The notes: a model not told the origin generated them from the sequence alone. Positions 19,836-30,690 are shown, counted from the stretch's first letter. The stretch: DNA of 64,000 bases from Akkermansia sp. (GCA_036644695.1 JAVXPO010000001.1:12776-76775); one strand, 5' to 3'. A program made the numbers and translations.

Positions 19836-20762
19836 TTGCCGATGAAAATTGCGATTCTGGGAGCTGGCGCATTAGGTTGCTATTATGGTGCAAGGTTATT
19901 GGCATCCCATCAGGATGTTTCTTTCATCATGCGTTCAGACTACGAGTACGTACGCGACCACGGATTACAGGTGAGCAGTATTGATGGTGACCTTGAGTTG
20001 CCTCGGGTCAAAGTCTTTCGTGATACATCAACAGTGGGAATTTGTGATCTTGTGATTCTTACTTGGAAAACGACGGCAAACGATCAACTAGCCTCCGCTC
20101 TCCCCCCTCTTTTAGGTGATAATACAATCGTCCTTACCCTTCAAAATGGGATGGGGAATGCTGAAGCCCTATCCGCCTTCTTACCACAGAATCGTATTTA
20201 CGTTGGTCTTTGTGGTGTGTGTGCGATGCGCAATACCCCTGGTCAAATCAGCCATTTAGATGGAGGTAATATTCAAATTGCGCCCTTTATCCCATCTCCA
20301 GAGGGAACAACTATGGCAAATAAACTCGCCGAGCTCTTTCAACAAGCAAAGGTTCCCTCCAAGGGATTTGATTTTGCCGAGAAAATCCAATGGTTCAAAC
20401 TTGTGTGGAATATCCCGTATAACGGACTTTGCCTCGCTTATGGAGGCATTAGTGTCGGAGAACTCTACAAAAATCCAAAAAATATCGTTCGGGTCAAAAA
20501 AATCATGGAGGATGTCGTTCGTGCAGCTCAAGCCCGTGGGTATACCTTGCCTGATACACTCATTGACTTTCACCTAGAACGCACTAAGGTCATGAAGGAA
20601 TTTACGCCATCAAGTGCAGTCGATTATAATAAATGACGCCCTATTGAATATCATGCCATTTGGGGTGATCCTCTCACCAAAGCTCGTTCTGCTGGTGCGA
20701 ACATCCCCGAATGGGAAAAACTCGATCAAGAAATACGGCAACGTATCGGATTACCCGATTAA
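19836..20762 (+). pseudogene. panE: Ketopantoate reductase (PanE/ApbA family) interrupted by an in-frame TGA at 20634-20636
   Basis: GAGALG Rossmann motif, LQNGMG, KLVWNIPYN. After the TGA the same frame continues RPIEYHAIWGDPLTKARSAGANIP... to TAA at 20760-20762, matching the family C-terminus. Confidence 0.85.
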
Positions 20763-20765
20763 GTC

Positions 20766-21641
20766 ATGATTAAAACCCTCCTCATCACCCTACTCTGCTG
20801 GCTCACCTTTGGCATCATCCGTTTGCCATGGGAACGCCATATTGTGATGGAGGAGAAAGTGGCTCATTTACTCATTCCACCACCGCCAGAGGGAACCGCT
20901 GATGCCTTAGAGCAACAACTCTCCATTGTCTCTCTGGGGGGGCTACGTTCGCTTGTTGCCGCCTTCCTCAACATTGAGGCATTTGATGCCTTTCGCACTA
21001 AAAACTGGGTGCAGCTCGAACGTCGTTACCGCCAGATAGGCACACTAGCCCCTCATAATCCCTACTATTGGGATATTGGCTCATGGCATCTAGCCTACAA
21101 TGCGGCGTCATCAACCAAGGAGGATAAAAAACTGAGTCGAGCCGAGCAACGCAAAGGACACAAAGATTACATTGCCAGAGGAAAGTCCTTTTTGCAACAG
21201 GGTATTGACAACAATCCCGATGATTGGCTCCTTTATTCTAAATTGGGCAACATGCTCAGCGACCCACTCCGTTACCCAGACTACCCCGCTGCCGCTCAAG
21301 CCTACCAAAAGTCACGACAACTAGGGGGATCTGACATCATCGCTCGACAAGAATTTTACACACGCTCACGCATCCCTGACCAGTCAGCCCAAGCATGGCA
21401 ATTGGGCAAAAAACTCTTCCAAGAGCCAGAGAATCGACAGCCTAGCCTCGTCTCAACACTTTTTGCCTTACAAAATAAACTCAATCTACCAGAAGCTCAA
21501 AGAATACCATTTCATCAATTATTTCCCTCTGATTCCTTGGCTATACGCTACCTGAGACTCCAACTAAAAAATGGATTAGGCTACCCCATCGACGGAGTTC
21601 GTGCCAAATTAGATGAGTTGATTGAGGATGCCAAGCATTGA
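20766..21641 (+). CDS. Hypothetical membrane-anchored TPR-like protein
   Basis: N-terminal hydrophobic segment; TPR-like helices (GKSFLQQGIDNNPDDWLLY, DYPAAAQAYQK). Confidence 0.75.
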   Translation: MIKTLLITLLCWLTFGIIRLPWERHIVMEEKVAHLLIPPPPEGTADALEQQLSIVSLGGLRSLVAAFLNIEAFDAFRTKNWVQLERRYRQIGTLAPHNPYYWDIGSWHLAYNAASSTKEDKKLSRAEQRKGHKDYIARGKSFLQQGIDNNPDDWLLYSKLGNMLSDPLRYPDYPAAAQAYQKSRQLGGSDIIARQEFYTRSRIPDQSAQAWQLGKKLFQEPENRQPSLVSTLFALQNKLNLPEAQRIPFHQLFPSDSLAIRYLRLQLKNGLGYPIDGVRAKLDELIEDAKH

Positions 21642-21711
21642 TAAAATCACCTCAATCCCCATTCCTGCTTGATACTCTCCCCATTCATCTATAAAACTCT
21701 GTGTACACGAT

Positions 21712-22440
21712 ATGAGTAAAATCGCAATCATCAGTGATATTCACGCCAACCTTGAAGCCTTACAAGCCGTTCTTGTCGATATTAAGACCATGGATTGTGA
21801 TCAGATCGCGTGTCTAGGTGATATCGTTGGATACAATGCTAATCCTGCCGAATGTTTAGACACAATACGTAATCTCAACTGCCCAGTCGTCAAAGGCAAC
21901 CATGATGAAGAAGCCGCTGGCACGAGCAATCCTGTCGGGATGAATCCTGCCGCTTATAGTGCTCTGATGTGGACGAGGGAAGCTCTCTCTGATGAACAAA
22001 AAGACTGGCTCCGTCATCTTCGCATGGTTCGCAATGTTGCCCCTTTTACCATCGTTCATTCGACACTGGATCAACCTGGGTTGTGGCACTACATCATCAA
22101 TAAATTTGATGCCACCTCAAACTTTAATTTTCAATTCACCAACCTTTGCTTTCACGGACATACACATGTTCCCAAAATTTTTGTATACGAGAACATGGGC
22201 GTTCAGGAATACCAAGCAACCGATTTTACCCCCGAAAGTGGCAAAAAATACTTTATCAACGTTGGTTCTGTAGGGCAACCACGAGATAACGATTGGCGAG
22301 CTTCATATTGCATCTATGATACTCAACAACAAGTCATCTCCTTCCGACGAGTGGAGTACGACATTAAAACCACTCAGCAAAAAATTCTAAATGCAGGGCT
22401 CCCGATTATGCTCGCGGAGAGACTGGCACAAGGTCTTTAA
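21712..22440 (+). CDS. Metallophosphoesterase (calcineurin-like)
   Basis: SDIHAN, LGDIVGY, KGNHD, HGHTH, NVGSVGQPRD. Confidence 0.95.
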   Translation: MSKIAIISDIHANLEALQAVLVDIKTMDCDQIACLGDIVGYNANPAECLDTIRNLNCPVVKGNHDEEAAGTSNPVGMNPAAYSALMWTREALSDEQKDWLRHLRMVRNVAPFTIVHSTLDQPGLWHYIINKFDATSNFNFQFTNLCFHGHTHVPKIFVYENMGVQEYQATDFTPESGKKYFINVGSVGQPRDNDWRASYCIYDTQQQVISFRRVEYDIKTTQQKILNAGLPIMLAERLAQGL

Positions 22441-22460
22441 CTCTCTTTGTTCTTGTTGAT

Positions 22461-22492
22461 AAGGCATCCCCAGCGGATGCCTTTATTTTTTT
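22461..22492 (+). terminator. Intrinsic terminator
   Basis: AAGGCATCC-CCAGC-GGATGCCTT followed by TATTTTTTT. Confidence 0.75.
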
Positions 22493-22518
22493 ATCCACCT
22501 CCCCTTATCACTTTTCTT

Positions 22519-23106
22519 ATGTCGCTTTTTAACATCATTCTCCTCGCATTTGCCTTAGCTGTAGATGCTTTTGCCGTCTCGTTTTCTTATGGAGTCGTCT
22601 TAAAAAAGAAACGACTTCGCAACAGCCTTGGCATTGCTACGGCAACGGGGCTAGGTCAGTTTATCATGCCTATCCTTGGCTTTCTTTTAACGGGGACATT
22701 TCATCATTACATCGCTACTTGGGATCATTGGATTGCCTTCTCCGTTTTTGCCATTTTAGGAGGCAAAATTATTTTTGATGCTTATCGTATACCTGCGAAC
22801 AAACCATTCCTTGGTGTCCTATCTTTCAAAATACTTGTACTTATTGGCATTGCCACCAGTATTGATGCCCTAATCTCTGGAGCTAGTCTTTACATGATGA
22901 GCTCACCTACTCTGGGAGCAACACTCGGATATAGCGACTGTTTGCTCCCAGCATTGATTATTGGGGGGATTACCTTTATTTGTGCCTTTGTGGGATTCCA
23001 CTTGGCTCACTTTTTACAACATATCCCAACTAAATTTTTAGAGATAGGTGCAGGTCTTGCCCTTATTGGCATAGGTGTCAATACGCTCATTGAGCATCTT
23101 TTATAA
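22519..23106 (+). CDS. mntP: Manganese efflux pump MntP family
   Basis: Twin motifs ALAVDAFAVS and ATSIDAL; six TMs; likely start MSLFNI at 22519. Confidence 0.9.
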   Translation: MSLFNIILLAFALAVDAFAVSFSYGVVLKKKRLRNSLGIATATGLGQFIMPILGFLLTGTFHHYIATWDHWIAFSVFAILGGKIIFDAYRIPANKPFLGVLSFKILVLIGIATSIDALISGASLYMMSSPTLGATLGYSDCLLPALIIGGITFICAFVGFHLAHFLQHIPTKFLEIGAGLALIGIGVNTLIEHLL

Positions 23107-24147
23107 AATACCTCTCCAGAATCGTTCAGCACTCTCGCTTGTAATCCCATTCATATTGAGATAACGAGTCCTCAATAAGGAAGAGGAGCGATGCCCCATC
23201 TCAATTTGTAAATCAGTAAAATTTCTAAACATTTTTACATGGTACGAAGCAAAGGAATGTCGTAAACAATCCTGAGGCCAACGAGTTAATCCTCCACTAG
23301 TACCCCATCCTGCACTCTTACGTAAAGCCTTCCAGACAGTTAACCAATTGGGTAAACAAATAAGCTCATCGGGAGAGTTATTATTTGAAAAAAGCTGAAG
23401 CCATTTGTCGAGAACAGGCAAAATCGTTACATGTCTTGCCCCACCTGTTTTACTATGCTCTGGCATGATGGTAATAATTTTTTCAGTAAAATTGATATTC
23501 GACCAATGCAATCGCCTGACCTCTGTAGGTCGGATTCCTGCATAAAGCATCAATCCTAAGCCTGGTCCACAAGATTCAAATTCAGGTTCCAACGCTGCAT
23601 ATAATAAACACTCAATCTCATCAATATCCAAAGAACAAACCATCTTTTCTTGAATAGGAGGTACATCAACGCGTTCAATTGGATTCTCATCACACCAACC
23701 CCGTTTATGAGCTAAAGAAAAAATTCCATTCAAAACAACTCGCCCTTTATAACGTTGACGATCAGAATCAAATCCTCTTCTTAAATAATCTGCACACTCC
23801 TCTGGAGTGATTCCACGCATCTGTCGTCGCTGTAACTCGGGGCAGGCACGCAATAGTTGATTCATACTATATTGAATATCTTTAATTGTTCTAATCCTTC
23901 GATGCGCTTTTGATTTAATTGTTTCGTTTAATGCCTTCTCAAAAGAAACAGAACGATTTAATTTTTTTAAAGCATCAGCCCCCAAGCGAATCCCCTCCCT
24001 GGCCCGCTTCAATACATCTCCTCTCCCTTTACATTCTCTAATTAATTCCAGTGAAAGAATAATTGCGTCTATTAATCCTATTCCGCTATCTTTTAATAAT
24101 TGTTTGGCGGCATCAATCGAATTTGTAGATATAATGTTTGTACTCAT
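23101..24147 (-). CDS. Tyrosine recombinase / phage-integrase family protein
   Basis: Catalytic R (GIRPTE), K (HSKTG), xxLRH (DCLRHSF), H (MGH), Y (RTRYLN); likely start MSTNII at 24147; AT-rich. Confidence 0.92.
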   Translation of the reverse strand: MSTNIISTNSIDAAKQLLKDSGIGLIDAIILSLELIRECKGRGDVLKRAREGIRLGADALKKLNRSVSFEKALNETIKSKAHRRIRTIKDIQYSMNQLLRACPELQRRQMRGITPEECADYLRRGFDSDRQRYKGRVVLNGIFSLAHKRGWCDENPIERVDVPPIQEKMVCSLDIDEIECLLYAALEPEFESCGPGLGLMLYAGIRPTEVRRLHWSNINFTEKIITIMPEHSKTGGARHVTILPVLDKWLQLFSNNNSPDELICLPNWLTVWKALRKSAGWGTSGGLTRWPQDCLRHSFASYHVKMFRNFTDLQIEMGHRSSSLLRTRYLNMNGITSESAERFWRGIL

Positions 24148-24243
24148 AAGAGACAATATCAATACTCTTAATATTGAATCAAGTTAACTCTATTTTGTTT
24201 ATATTGAATAAGTAATTATATTTTTGGCTTTATTTTTAATAAA

Positions 24244-24274
24244 AAAAGGTTTCATTTATCTAAATAAAACCTTT
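24244..24274 (-). terminator. Probable hisD terminator hairpin
   Basis: AAAAGGTTT-CATTTATCTAAAT-AAAACCTTTT imperfect inverted repeat, with a T-run following on the minus strand. Confidence 0.45.
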
Positions 24275-24310
24275 TCTAATAAAGTAAATTAATTTTTTAC
24301 GAGATTTTCA

Positions 24311-25618
24311 TCATTCTTTCAAACGATTTGCACGCTCGGCTCTCACCTGCATTGAGTGTCCATGAGCATCTAAGCCCTCGACACGAGCAAATTCAGCGAC
24401 ATATCCAGCAGATTTTAATGCAGACTCTGGCGTCATGCGAACAATACTCGTACGACGTTGGAATTGATCTGCGCGAAGCCCCGAGAAAGACTTTCCTCCC
24501 CCTCCCGTGGGTAAGGTATGACTAGGACCTGCCAAGAAATCGCCACAGGCAACTGTTGCAAAGGAACCAGCATAAATGGCACCTGCCGTACGAATACATG
24601 GCAACACAACATCCTCATTCTTAACAACAAGGACAAGATGCTCTGGAGAAAAAGCATTCACCAACTCGACTCCCTCATCAATATCATTTGTCAAAAATCC
24701 ATACGCATGATCATCCAAGACAGTACGAATGATAGCCCCTCTACTCAAAAGAGCGGCTTGACGTGCCACCTCATGCTCAACCTGACTTAACAACTTTTCT
24801 GAATCCGTTACAAAAACGACAACGCTATCAGGACCATGCTCTGCCTGTGCCAATAAATCAGCAGCAAGAAATTCGGGGTCGGCAGAATCATCCGCTAGCA
24901 CCATCACCTCACTAGGTCCAGGCAATAAATCAATAGAAACAGCTCCAATCACCTGACGTTTTGCCTCAACGACAAACTTATTACCAGGTCCAAAAACCTT
25001 CTCCACTGGCGCAATACTCCCTGTCCCTAAAGCTAAGGCGGCAATCGCTTGCGCACCTCCAACCTTGATAATTTCTGTTGCTCCAGCCACCTTTAAGGCA
25101 TAGAGCAGAGCCGAGTTCACCTTGCCATCAGGTCCAGCTGGAGTCGCCGCAACGATCTGCTTGACACCAGCGGCTTTGGCAAATCCCCCCGTCATCAACG
25201 AGGTCGATACCAGAGGAGCCTTGCCCCCTGGAATATAAATACCAACGCGATCATAGGGCATAAAGCGTTCTCCAAACTCAACCCCTTGAGCATTATGACT
25301 CGTCCAATCCTTCCGTTGACTACAGCTTGAGAAATAAGCGATATTCGCCATTGTCGCAGCAATTGCCTCTTTGACAGAATCGGGGACCAACCTCTCTGCC
25401 TCAATCATCTCCGTCTCAGATACTTGCAATGTATCTACAGTGAGCTCTACCTTATCAAAACGACGAGAATAATCAATCAATGCATCATCCCCACGAGTCG
25501 CGACATCGGCAATAATATGGGCAACGGTCTCGCGAATATCGTGCTCTGGGATGGCTCGACGGTTCATGGATTGCTTCATTTGCTCAAATTGACTGTCACT
25601 TGCTCGATAAATCTTCAT
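24311..25618 (-). CDS. hisD: Histidinol dehydrogenase
   Basis: GIYIPGG, PGNKFV, GPSE, DLLAQAEH, PEHL, GPSHTLPT; likely start MKIYRA at 25618. Confidence 0.97.
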   Translation of the reverse strand: MKIYRASDSQFEQMKQSMNRRAIPEHDIRETVAHIIADVATRGDDALIDYSRRFDKVELTVDTLQVSETEMIEAERLVPDSVKEAIAATMANIAYFSSCSQRKDWTSHNAQGVEFGERFMPYDRVGIYIPGGKAPLVSTSLMTGGFAKAAGVKQIVAATPAGPDGKVNSALLYALKVAGATEIIKVGGAQAIAALALGTGSIAPVEKVFGPGNKFVVEAKRQVIGAVSIDLLPGPSEVMVLADDSADPEFLAADLLAQAEHGPDSVVVFVTDSEKLLSQVEHEVARQAALLSRGAIIRTVLDDHAYGFLTNDIDEGVELVNAFSPEHLVLVVKNEDVVLPCIRTAGAIYAGSFATVACGDFLAGPSHTLPTGGGGKSFSGLRADQFQRRTSIVRMTPESALKSAGYVAEFARVEGLDAHGHSMQVRAERANRLKE

Positions 25619-25760
25619 AAGATGAAATTGGAATACCTTGAGCGCGTATATCCCAAATGCCACAAGGATAGTCAAGCGATAAGTAAGTTCGTGAGACACA
25701 CGATTTCGGAGAAAAAAATTACTTTTTTTTCAAAATATTAAAACTTTATGCTTTTGGGTC

Positions 25761-25789
25761 TTGACCCGCCTTAATCAGACTTTTACCCT
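25761..25789 (+). promoter_or_regulatory. Sigma70-type promoter of sucCD
   Basis: TTGACC-N17-TACCCT. Confidence 0.45.
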
Positions 25790-25830
25790 TGCTCTGCAAT
25801 TATTTGATTGGCCGAGCAAGGCCCCTTATC

Positions 25831-27012
25831 ATGAACATTCACGAATACCAAGCTAAAATCCTTTTCGAACGATTTGGTGTTGCTACCCCCAAGGGAACCG
25901 TAGCAGATACCCCAGAACAAGCGGTCGAAATCGCCAAAAACATGCCTTTTTCTCAATTTTCAGTAAAAGCGCAAGTACATACAGGAGGTCGCGGTAAAGG
26001 CACCTTCAAAAACGGTTTTAAAGGTGGCGTCCACCTTGTAAACTCTGCACAAGAGGCAGGCGACATTGCAGCACAAATGCTTAACCAAGTGCTTGTTACC
26101 AAACAAACAGGCGCTGAGGGTAAACTCGTTCGCAAGATCATGGTTGCTGAAGCAGTTGACCTCAAAAAGGAATGCTATTTTGCCATCCTCCAAGACCGAG
26201 CCAAAGAATGCCCTGTCATCGTTGCCAGCTCTCAAGGGGGTATGGATATTGAAGAAGTAGCGGCTAACACACCTGAGGCAATCATCCGCGAACACATCAA
26301 CCCTGCTCTGGGCATCCTCCCCTTCCAAGCACTTAAAATTGCTTGTGCTCTTGGTTTGACTGGCTCCTTGCTTCGCCAAACGACAAAACTCATCACCAAT
26401 GTTTACAAATTGTTTACAGCATTGGATTGCTCTCTTGTTGAGATCAACCCTCTCGTCGTCACCTCTGATGACCGAGTGATGGCTCTTGATGCCAAGTTTA
26501 ACTTTGACGATAACGCCCTCTTCCGCCATCCAGAAATTATGGAAATGCGCGATGAAACAGAAGAAGACCCTCGCGAAGTCGAAGCTGGCAAGTACAACCT
26601 CAACTACATTGGTCTTGATGGCAACATCGGCTGTATGGTCAACGGAGCTGGTCTCGCCATGGCAACCATGGATATCATCAAGCATTACGGTGGTGCCCCT
26701 GCTAACTTCCTCGACGTGGGCGGTAGCGCTACAGAAGAAATGGTCACCAATGCCTTTCGCATCCTCACCAGCGATAAACAAGTCAAGGCTCTCCTCGTCA
26801 ATATCTTTGGCGGAATCATGCGTTGTGATGTGATCGCACAAGGTATCGTTAGTGCTGCTAAAACAATTGATATGAAAATCCCTCTCGTCGTTCGCCTCGA
26901 AGGTACCAATGTCGAACTTGGCAAAAAAATCCTCGCAGAAAGCGGTGTCGATATTATCGCTGCCGACAATCTTGATGACGCTGCTCAAAAAGCCGTTGCC
27001 GCATCTAAGTAA
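25831..27012 (+). CDS. sucC: Succinyl-CoA synthetase beta subunit
   Basis: [45 protein letters not shown]. Confidence 0.98.
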   Translation: MNIHEYQAKILFERFGVATPKGTVADTPEQAVEIAKNMPFSQFSVKAQVHTGGRGKGTFKNGFKGGVHLVNSAQEAGDIAAQMLNQVLVTKQTGAEGKLVRKIMVAEAVDLKKECYFAILQDRAKECPVIVASSQGGMDIEEVAANTPEAIIREHINPALGILPFQALKIACALGLTGSLLRQTTKLITNVYKLFTALDCSLVEINPLVVTSDDRVMALDAKFNFDDNALFRHPEIMEMRDETEEDPREVEAGKYNLNYIGLDGNIGCMVNGAGLAMATMDIIKHYGGAPANFLDVGGSATEEMVTNAFRILTSDKQVKALLVNIFGGIMRCDVIAQGIVSAAKTIDMKIPLVVRLEGTNVELGKKILAESGVDIIAADNLDDAAQKAVAASK

Positions 27013-27032
27013 CCCCCTCACTCAATAATACA

Positions 27033-27923
27033 ATGTCATTACTCATTGACAAAAATACTCGTCTGCTCGTCCAAGGTATCACCGGTAGCGCCGGTGCTTT
27101 CCATGCAAAGAATTGTATGGACTACGGCACTAATCTCGTCGCTGGTGTAACCCCTGGCAAAGGCGGACAAAAATTCGAAGGCACCGTCCCAATTTTTGAT
27201 TCGGTTTTAGAAGCTAAAAAAGCCACTGATTGCAATGCAACCATGATTTTCGTCCCCCCTCCCTTTGCGGCGGATGCTATCATGGAAGCTGCGGATGCAG
27301 GGGTTAAACTCATCGTTTGCATCACTGAGGGCATCCCTGTCCAAGATATGCAAAAGGTAAAAGTCTTCCTCAAAGACAAAGACGTTACCCTCATTGGACC
27401 AAACTGCCCTGGCATCATCAATCCTAATGATAAATGCAAGATTGGCATCATGCCAGCTTACATCCACAAACCAGGTCACATTGGCATCATCTCTCGATCA
27501 GGCACACTCACCTACGAAGCCGTCTGGCAAATCTCCAGCCTTGGTCTTGGTCAAAGTGCTTGCGTCGGCATCGGTGGTGACCCCGTCCACGGGATGACCC
27601 ACTTGGATGCAGCTAAAATGTTTGCAGAAGATCCCAATACGGATGGCTTTATCCTCATCGGTGAAATCGGTGGTACGGAAGAAGAAGAAGCCGCTGAATG
27701 GATCAAAAACAATTGTAAAAAGCCCGTTGCTGCGTTCATCGCAGGTGCTACTGCCCCCAAAGGTCGTCGCATGGGTCACGCTGGCGCAATCGTAGCTGGT
27801 GGCAAAGGCACCGCAGCTGCCAAGCAAGAAGCCTTGCGCGATGCTGGCATCATTGTTGCCAAGACTCCTGGCGAAATGGGCAAAGCCCTCGTCGAAGCAA
27901 TGAAGGCTAAAGGCTTAATGTAA
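27033..27923 (+). CDS. sucD: Succinyl-CoA synthetase alpha subunit
   Basis: [30 protein letters not shown]. Confidence 0.98.
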   Translation: MSLLIDKNTRLLVQGITGSAGAFHAKNCMDYGTNLVAGVTPGKGGQKFEGTVPIFDSVLEAKKATDCNATMIFVPPPFAADAIMEAADAGVKLIVCITEGIPVQDMQKVKVFLKDKDVTLIGPNCPGIINPNDKCKIGIMPAYIHKPGHIGIISRSGTLTYEAVWQISSLGLGQSACVGIGGDPVHGMTHLDAAKMFAEDPNTDGFILIGEIGGTEEEEAAEWIKNNCKKPVAAFIAGATAPKGRRMGHAGAIVAGGKGTAAAKQEALRDAGIIVAKTPGEMGKALVEAMKAKGLM

Positions 27924-27940
27924 GCCTCATTATTCATCTC

Positions 27941-27975
27941 AAAAAAGGGGCGAAAGTAATTTTCGCCCCTTTTTT
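27941..27975. terminator. Bidirectional intrinsic terminator
   Basis: AAAAAAGGGGCGAAA-GTAA-TTTTCGCCCCTTTTTT between convergent sucD and aspartokinase. Confidence 0.9.
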
Positions 27976-28035
27976 AGTGCCTATTTGGAAAATGCTCCGT
28001 TTGAGGCTTACGTTTATACAGTAAAAACTATCAAC

Positions 28036-29262
28036 TTATTCGTTGATCGCGTCTAACTTAAAGACGCGGTGTACGAGCTTAGCGGCTCGATCCAAATCGG
28101 TCTCATCAACCATGACGGCAATCTTGATCTCTGATGTTGAGATCATACCAATGGCAATATTGGCATCTGCTAATGCTTGGAAAGCGGTTGCTGCGACCCC
28201 AATATGTGAACGCATCCCGATACCAACAAGAGATAACTTACCTAATCCAGCCTCGGTCTCAATGGCAACATTTTCACCTAGTTCTGACATGACATTTTTG
28301 AGTGCTGCCTGCGCACGACCTAAATCATTAACGTGCATCGTAAACGACTGACGGACATATCCATCATGAGCCGTATTGGTCAAAATCATGTCAATGTTGA
28401 TCTCTGCCTCGGCAAGAGCACCAAGGATTTTGGCGGCATAACCGATTTGATCGGGAATATTGGCAATCGTCACGCGAGCTTGATTGCGTTCAATAGAAAT
28501 GCCGCGAACGGCAACTGATTCCATGGAGGGGACTTCTTCGTGCACAATAGTACCTGGGTTGTTATTTAATGAACTGCGGACTTCAAAAACGACGCCAAAT
28601 TTTTTGGCAAATTCAACGGAACGTGATTGCATGACTTTCGAGCCGCTCGAAGCCATCTCTAACATTTCGTCATAAGAGATTTCATTGATTTTCACCGCAT
28701 CAGTAACGACGCGCGGATCACAGGTGTAAACACCGTCAACATCCGTACAAATCTGACAGACATCAGCATGGAGAGAGGCGGCAATAGCAATGGCGGAGAG
28801 ATCAGAGCCCCCACGCCCAAGCGTATGAATTATGCCATCCTCAGTGGTTCCTTGGAAACCAGCACAAATAAGGACATTCCCCTGTTTCAGAGAATTGATC
28901 ATCAACGTAGGGTCAATGGAATGAATCCGCCCTCTCGTATGAGAACCAAAGGTACGAATGCCTGCTTGAGCACCCGTAATAGACATGGCAGCGATCCCCA
29001 ATTCATGGAGAGCCATGCTCAATAAAGCAATGGATTGCTGCTCACCCGTCGCCATCAAAACATCCATTTCGCGTTCAGAGGGGGCTTCAGAGAAATTTTT
29101 AGCCATTCCGATCAACTTATCCGTGACTCCACTCATGGCAGATACGACGGCAACAACCTGATTGCCCTCATTTACGGTATCAAGGATGCGACGTGCCACA
29201 TTGCGAATGCGGTCAATGGTTCCAACCGAGGAACCTCCATATTTTTGAACGATCAGAGCCAT
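28036..29262 (-). CDS. lysC: Aspartate kinase
   Basis: VQKYGGSSV, TLGRGGSD, TDVDGVYTCDPR, two ACT domains. Confidence 0.95.
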   Translation of the reverse strand: MALIVQKYGGSSVGTIDRIRNVARRILDTVNEGNQVVAVVSAMSGVTDKLIGMAKNFSEAPSEREMDVLMATGEQQSIALLSMALHELGIAAMSITGAQAGIRTFGSHTRGRIHSIDPTLMINSLKQGNVLICAGFQGTTEDGIIHTLGRGGSDLSAIAIAASLHADVCQICTDVDGVYTCDPRVVTDAVKINEISYDEMLEMASSGSKVMQSRSVEFAKKFGVVFEVRSSLNNNPGTIVHEEVPSMESVAVRGISIERNQARVTIANIPDQIGYAAKILGALAEAEINIDMILTNTAHDGYVRQSFTMHVNDLGRAQAALKNVMSELGENVAIETEAGLGKLSLVGIGMRSHIGVAATAFQALADANIAIGMISTSEIKIAVMVDETDLDRAAKLVHRVFKLDAINE

Positions 29263-29282
29263 TTCTTAGTTGGTGGATAAAA

Positions 29283-30605
29283 TTAGGATTCGGAGGTAAG
29301 GTGTTCTATGCGTAAAACGCTAGGATTTTGATGGACATGAGGAATCCGAGAAATTCCTTCTAATGCATTTTGCAATTGACCCCATGGGCAAGCATGTAAG
29401 ACAAAGACCAAATCATTACATACACTCCCCTCATCATTTGCCCCATGATAAGAGGATGAGGTCGCAGAGATACCAATCCCATGACGAGCTAAGATACCAG
29501 CCATTTCAGCGATGACTCCAGGTCTATCTTCTACACAAAATCTAACATAATACGGAGTCACCGTATCATCGATATTCATGATGAGACAAGAAGTCGCGTA
29601 AGGGTTAAATCCCGTATGATACTGCGGATGGCGACTCTCACGCATGGCTGTAATCACGTCACTAATAACGGCAGAGGAGGTAGGATTTTTCCCTGCTCCT
29701 CGCCCATAAAATAAGGTCTCACCTACAATATCTCCCGTAACGGCAATCGCATTAAAGACTCCATGGACGGAGGAAAGAATATGCCAAAGGGGGACAAAAC
29801 ATGGCTGTACCCTCAATTCTAAGGCGTTATTCTCACGATGGAACCGAATGACAACGAGTAATTTAATGGTATATCCAAGTTTTTTGGCAAATCCAAAATC
29901 ACAGGCAGATATATTCTCAATGCCACTGACAAAAATTTTATCAGGTGAGATCATCACCCCATAAGATAGCATTGCTAAAATGAGTGCCTTGTGGGCAGCA
30001 TCCCATCCATTAACATCGAGCGTTGGATCTGCCTCGGCAAAGCCTTGATCAATTGCTTTTTGCAAAGCTTCTGAATAGCTGGCGCCAAATTCTTCCATTG
30101 CAGAAAGAATGTAATTAGAGGTGCCGTTAATAATCCCAACGACTGAATTGATGTGATTACAAATCAACGAATTACGCAGGCTCTCAATAATAGGAATTCC
30201 GCCCCCTGCCGATGCCTCAAAATACAAGGGCGTTCCCATGTGATCAGACAACATAAAGAGATCACTGCCTCGCTCTGCAAGAAGAGCTTTATTGCCTGTT
30301 ACAACGGGTTTACCTGCCTTGAGAGAGGCTGTTATTAACTCATAAGCAGAGGTTGTACCACCTATCAATTCGATAATAATATCAATCTCGGGATCTTCTA
30401 CCAAATCCTGCCAACGATTTGTTAATTGCTCTGGAGGGATGGCAATTTCTCTAGGTTTATTTAAATCATGAACAGCGACTTTTTTAATTAAAAAGGGGAT
30501 TTTTGCCCTTGCCTCAAGAATATCGTGATTCCGGTTAAGTGTTTCATACACTCCGGTACCGACAGTTCCTAATCCTGCCAAGCCTATTTGGATGGGTCTT
30601 TCCAT
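29283..30605 (-). CDS. hom: Homoserine dehydrogenase with ACT domain
   Basis: GLGTVG, EASAGGGIP, NGTSNYIL, EADPTLDV; likely start MERPIQ at 30605. Confidence 0.96.
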   Translation of the reverse strand: MERPIQIGLAGLGTVGTGVYETLNRNHDILEARAKIPFLIKKVAVHDLNKPREIAIPPEQLTNRWQDLVEDPEIDIIIELIGGTTSAYELITASLKAGKPVVTGNKALLAERGSDLFMLSDHMGTPLYFEASAGGGIPIIESLRNSLICNHINSVVGIINGTSNYILSAMEEFGASYSEALQKAIDQGFAEADPTLDVNGWDAAHKALILAMLSYGVMISPDKIFVSGIENISACDFGFAKKLGYTIKLLVVIRFHRENNALELRVQPCFVPLWHILSSVHGVFNAIAVTGDIVGETLFYGRGAGKNPTSSAVISDVITAMRESRHPQYHTGFNPYATSCLIMNIDDTVTPYYVRFCVEDRPGVIAEMAGILARHGIGISATSSSYHGANDEGSVCNDLVFVLHACPWGQLQNALEGISRIPHVHQNPSVLRIEHLTSES

Positions 30606-30690
30606 GCTGAACGCGAGCATTATGCAAACATTTGTCACTAGGGCAAGCCCATAGTAGAAGCGAGATAAACTCTTATGATCCTAATTCTCC

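Noticed and set aside
20634-20636. TGA as selenocysteine or an alternative genetic code
   Set aside because: The aligned residue is Gly, not Cys; no convincing SECIS follows; other genes use TGA as a true stop (e.g. 15849-15851, 34203-34205).
22491-22499. DnaA-box-like TTATCCACC
   Set aside because: Single mismatched box overlapping a terminator tail; no cluster or unwinding element.
25960-27021. 353-aa minus-strand ORF
   Set aside because: Lies wholly opposite sucC, in register with it; shadow ORF.
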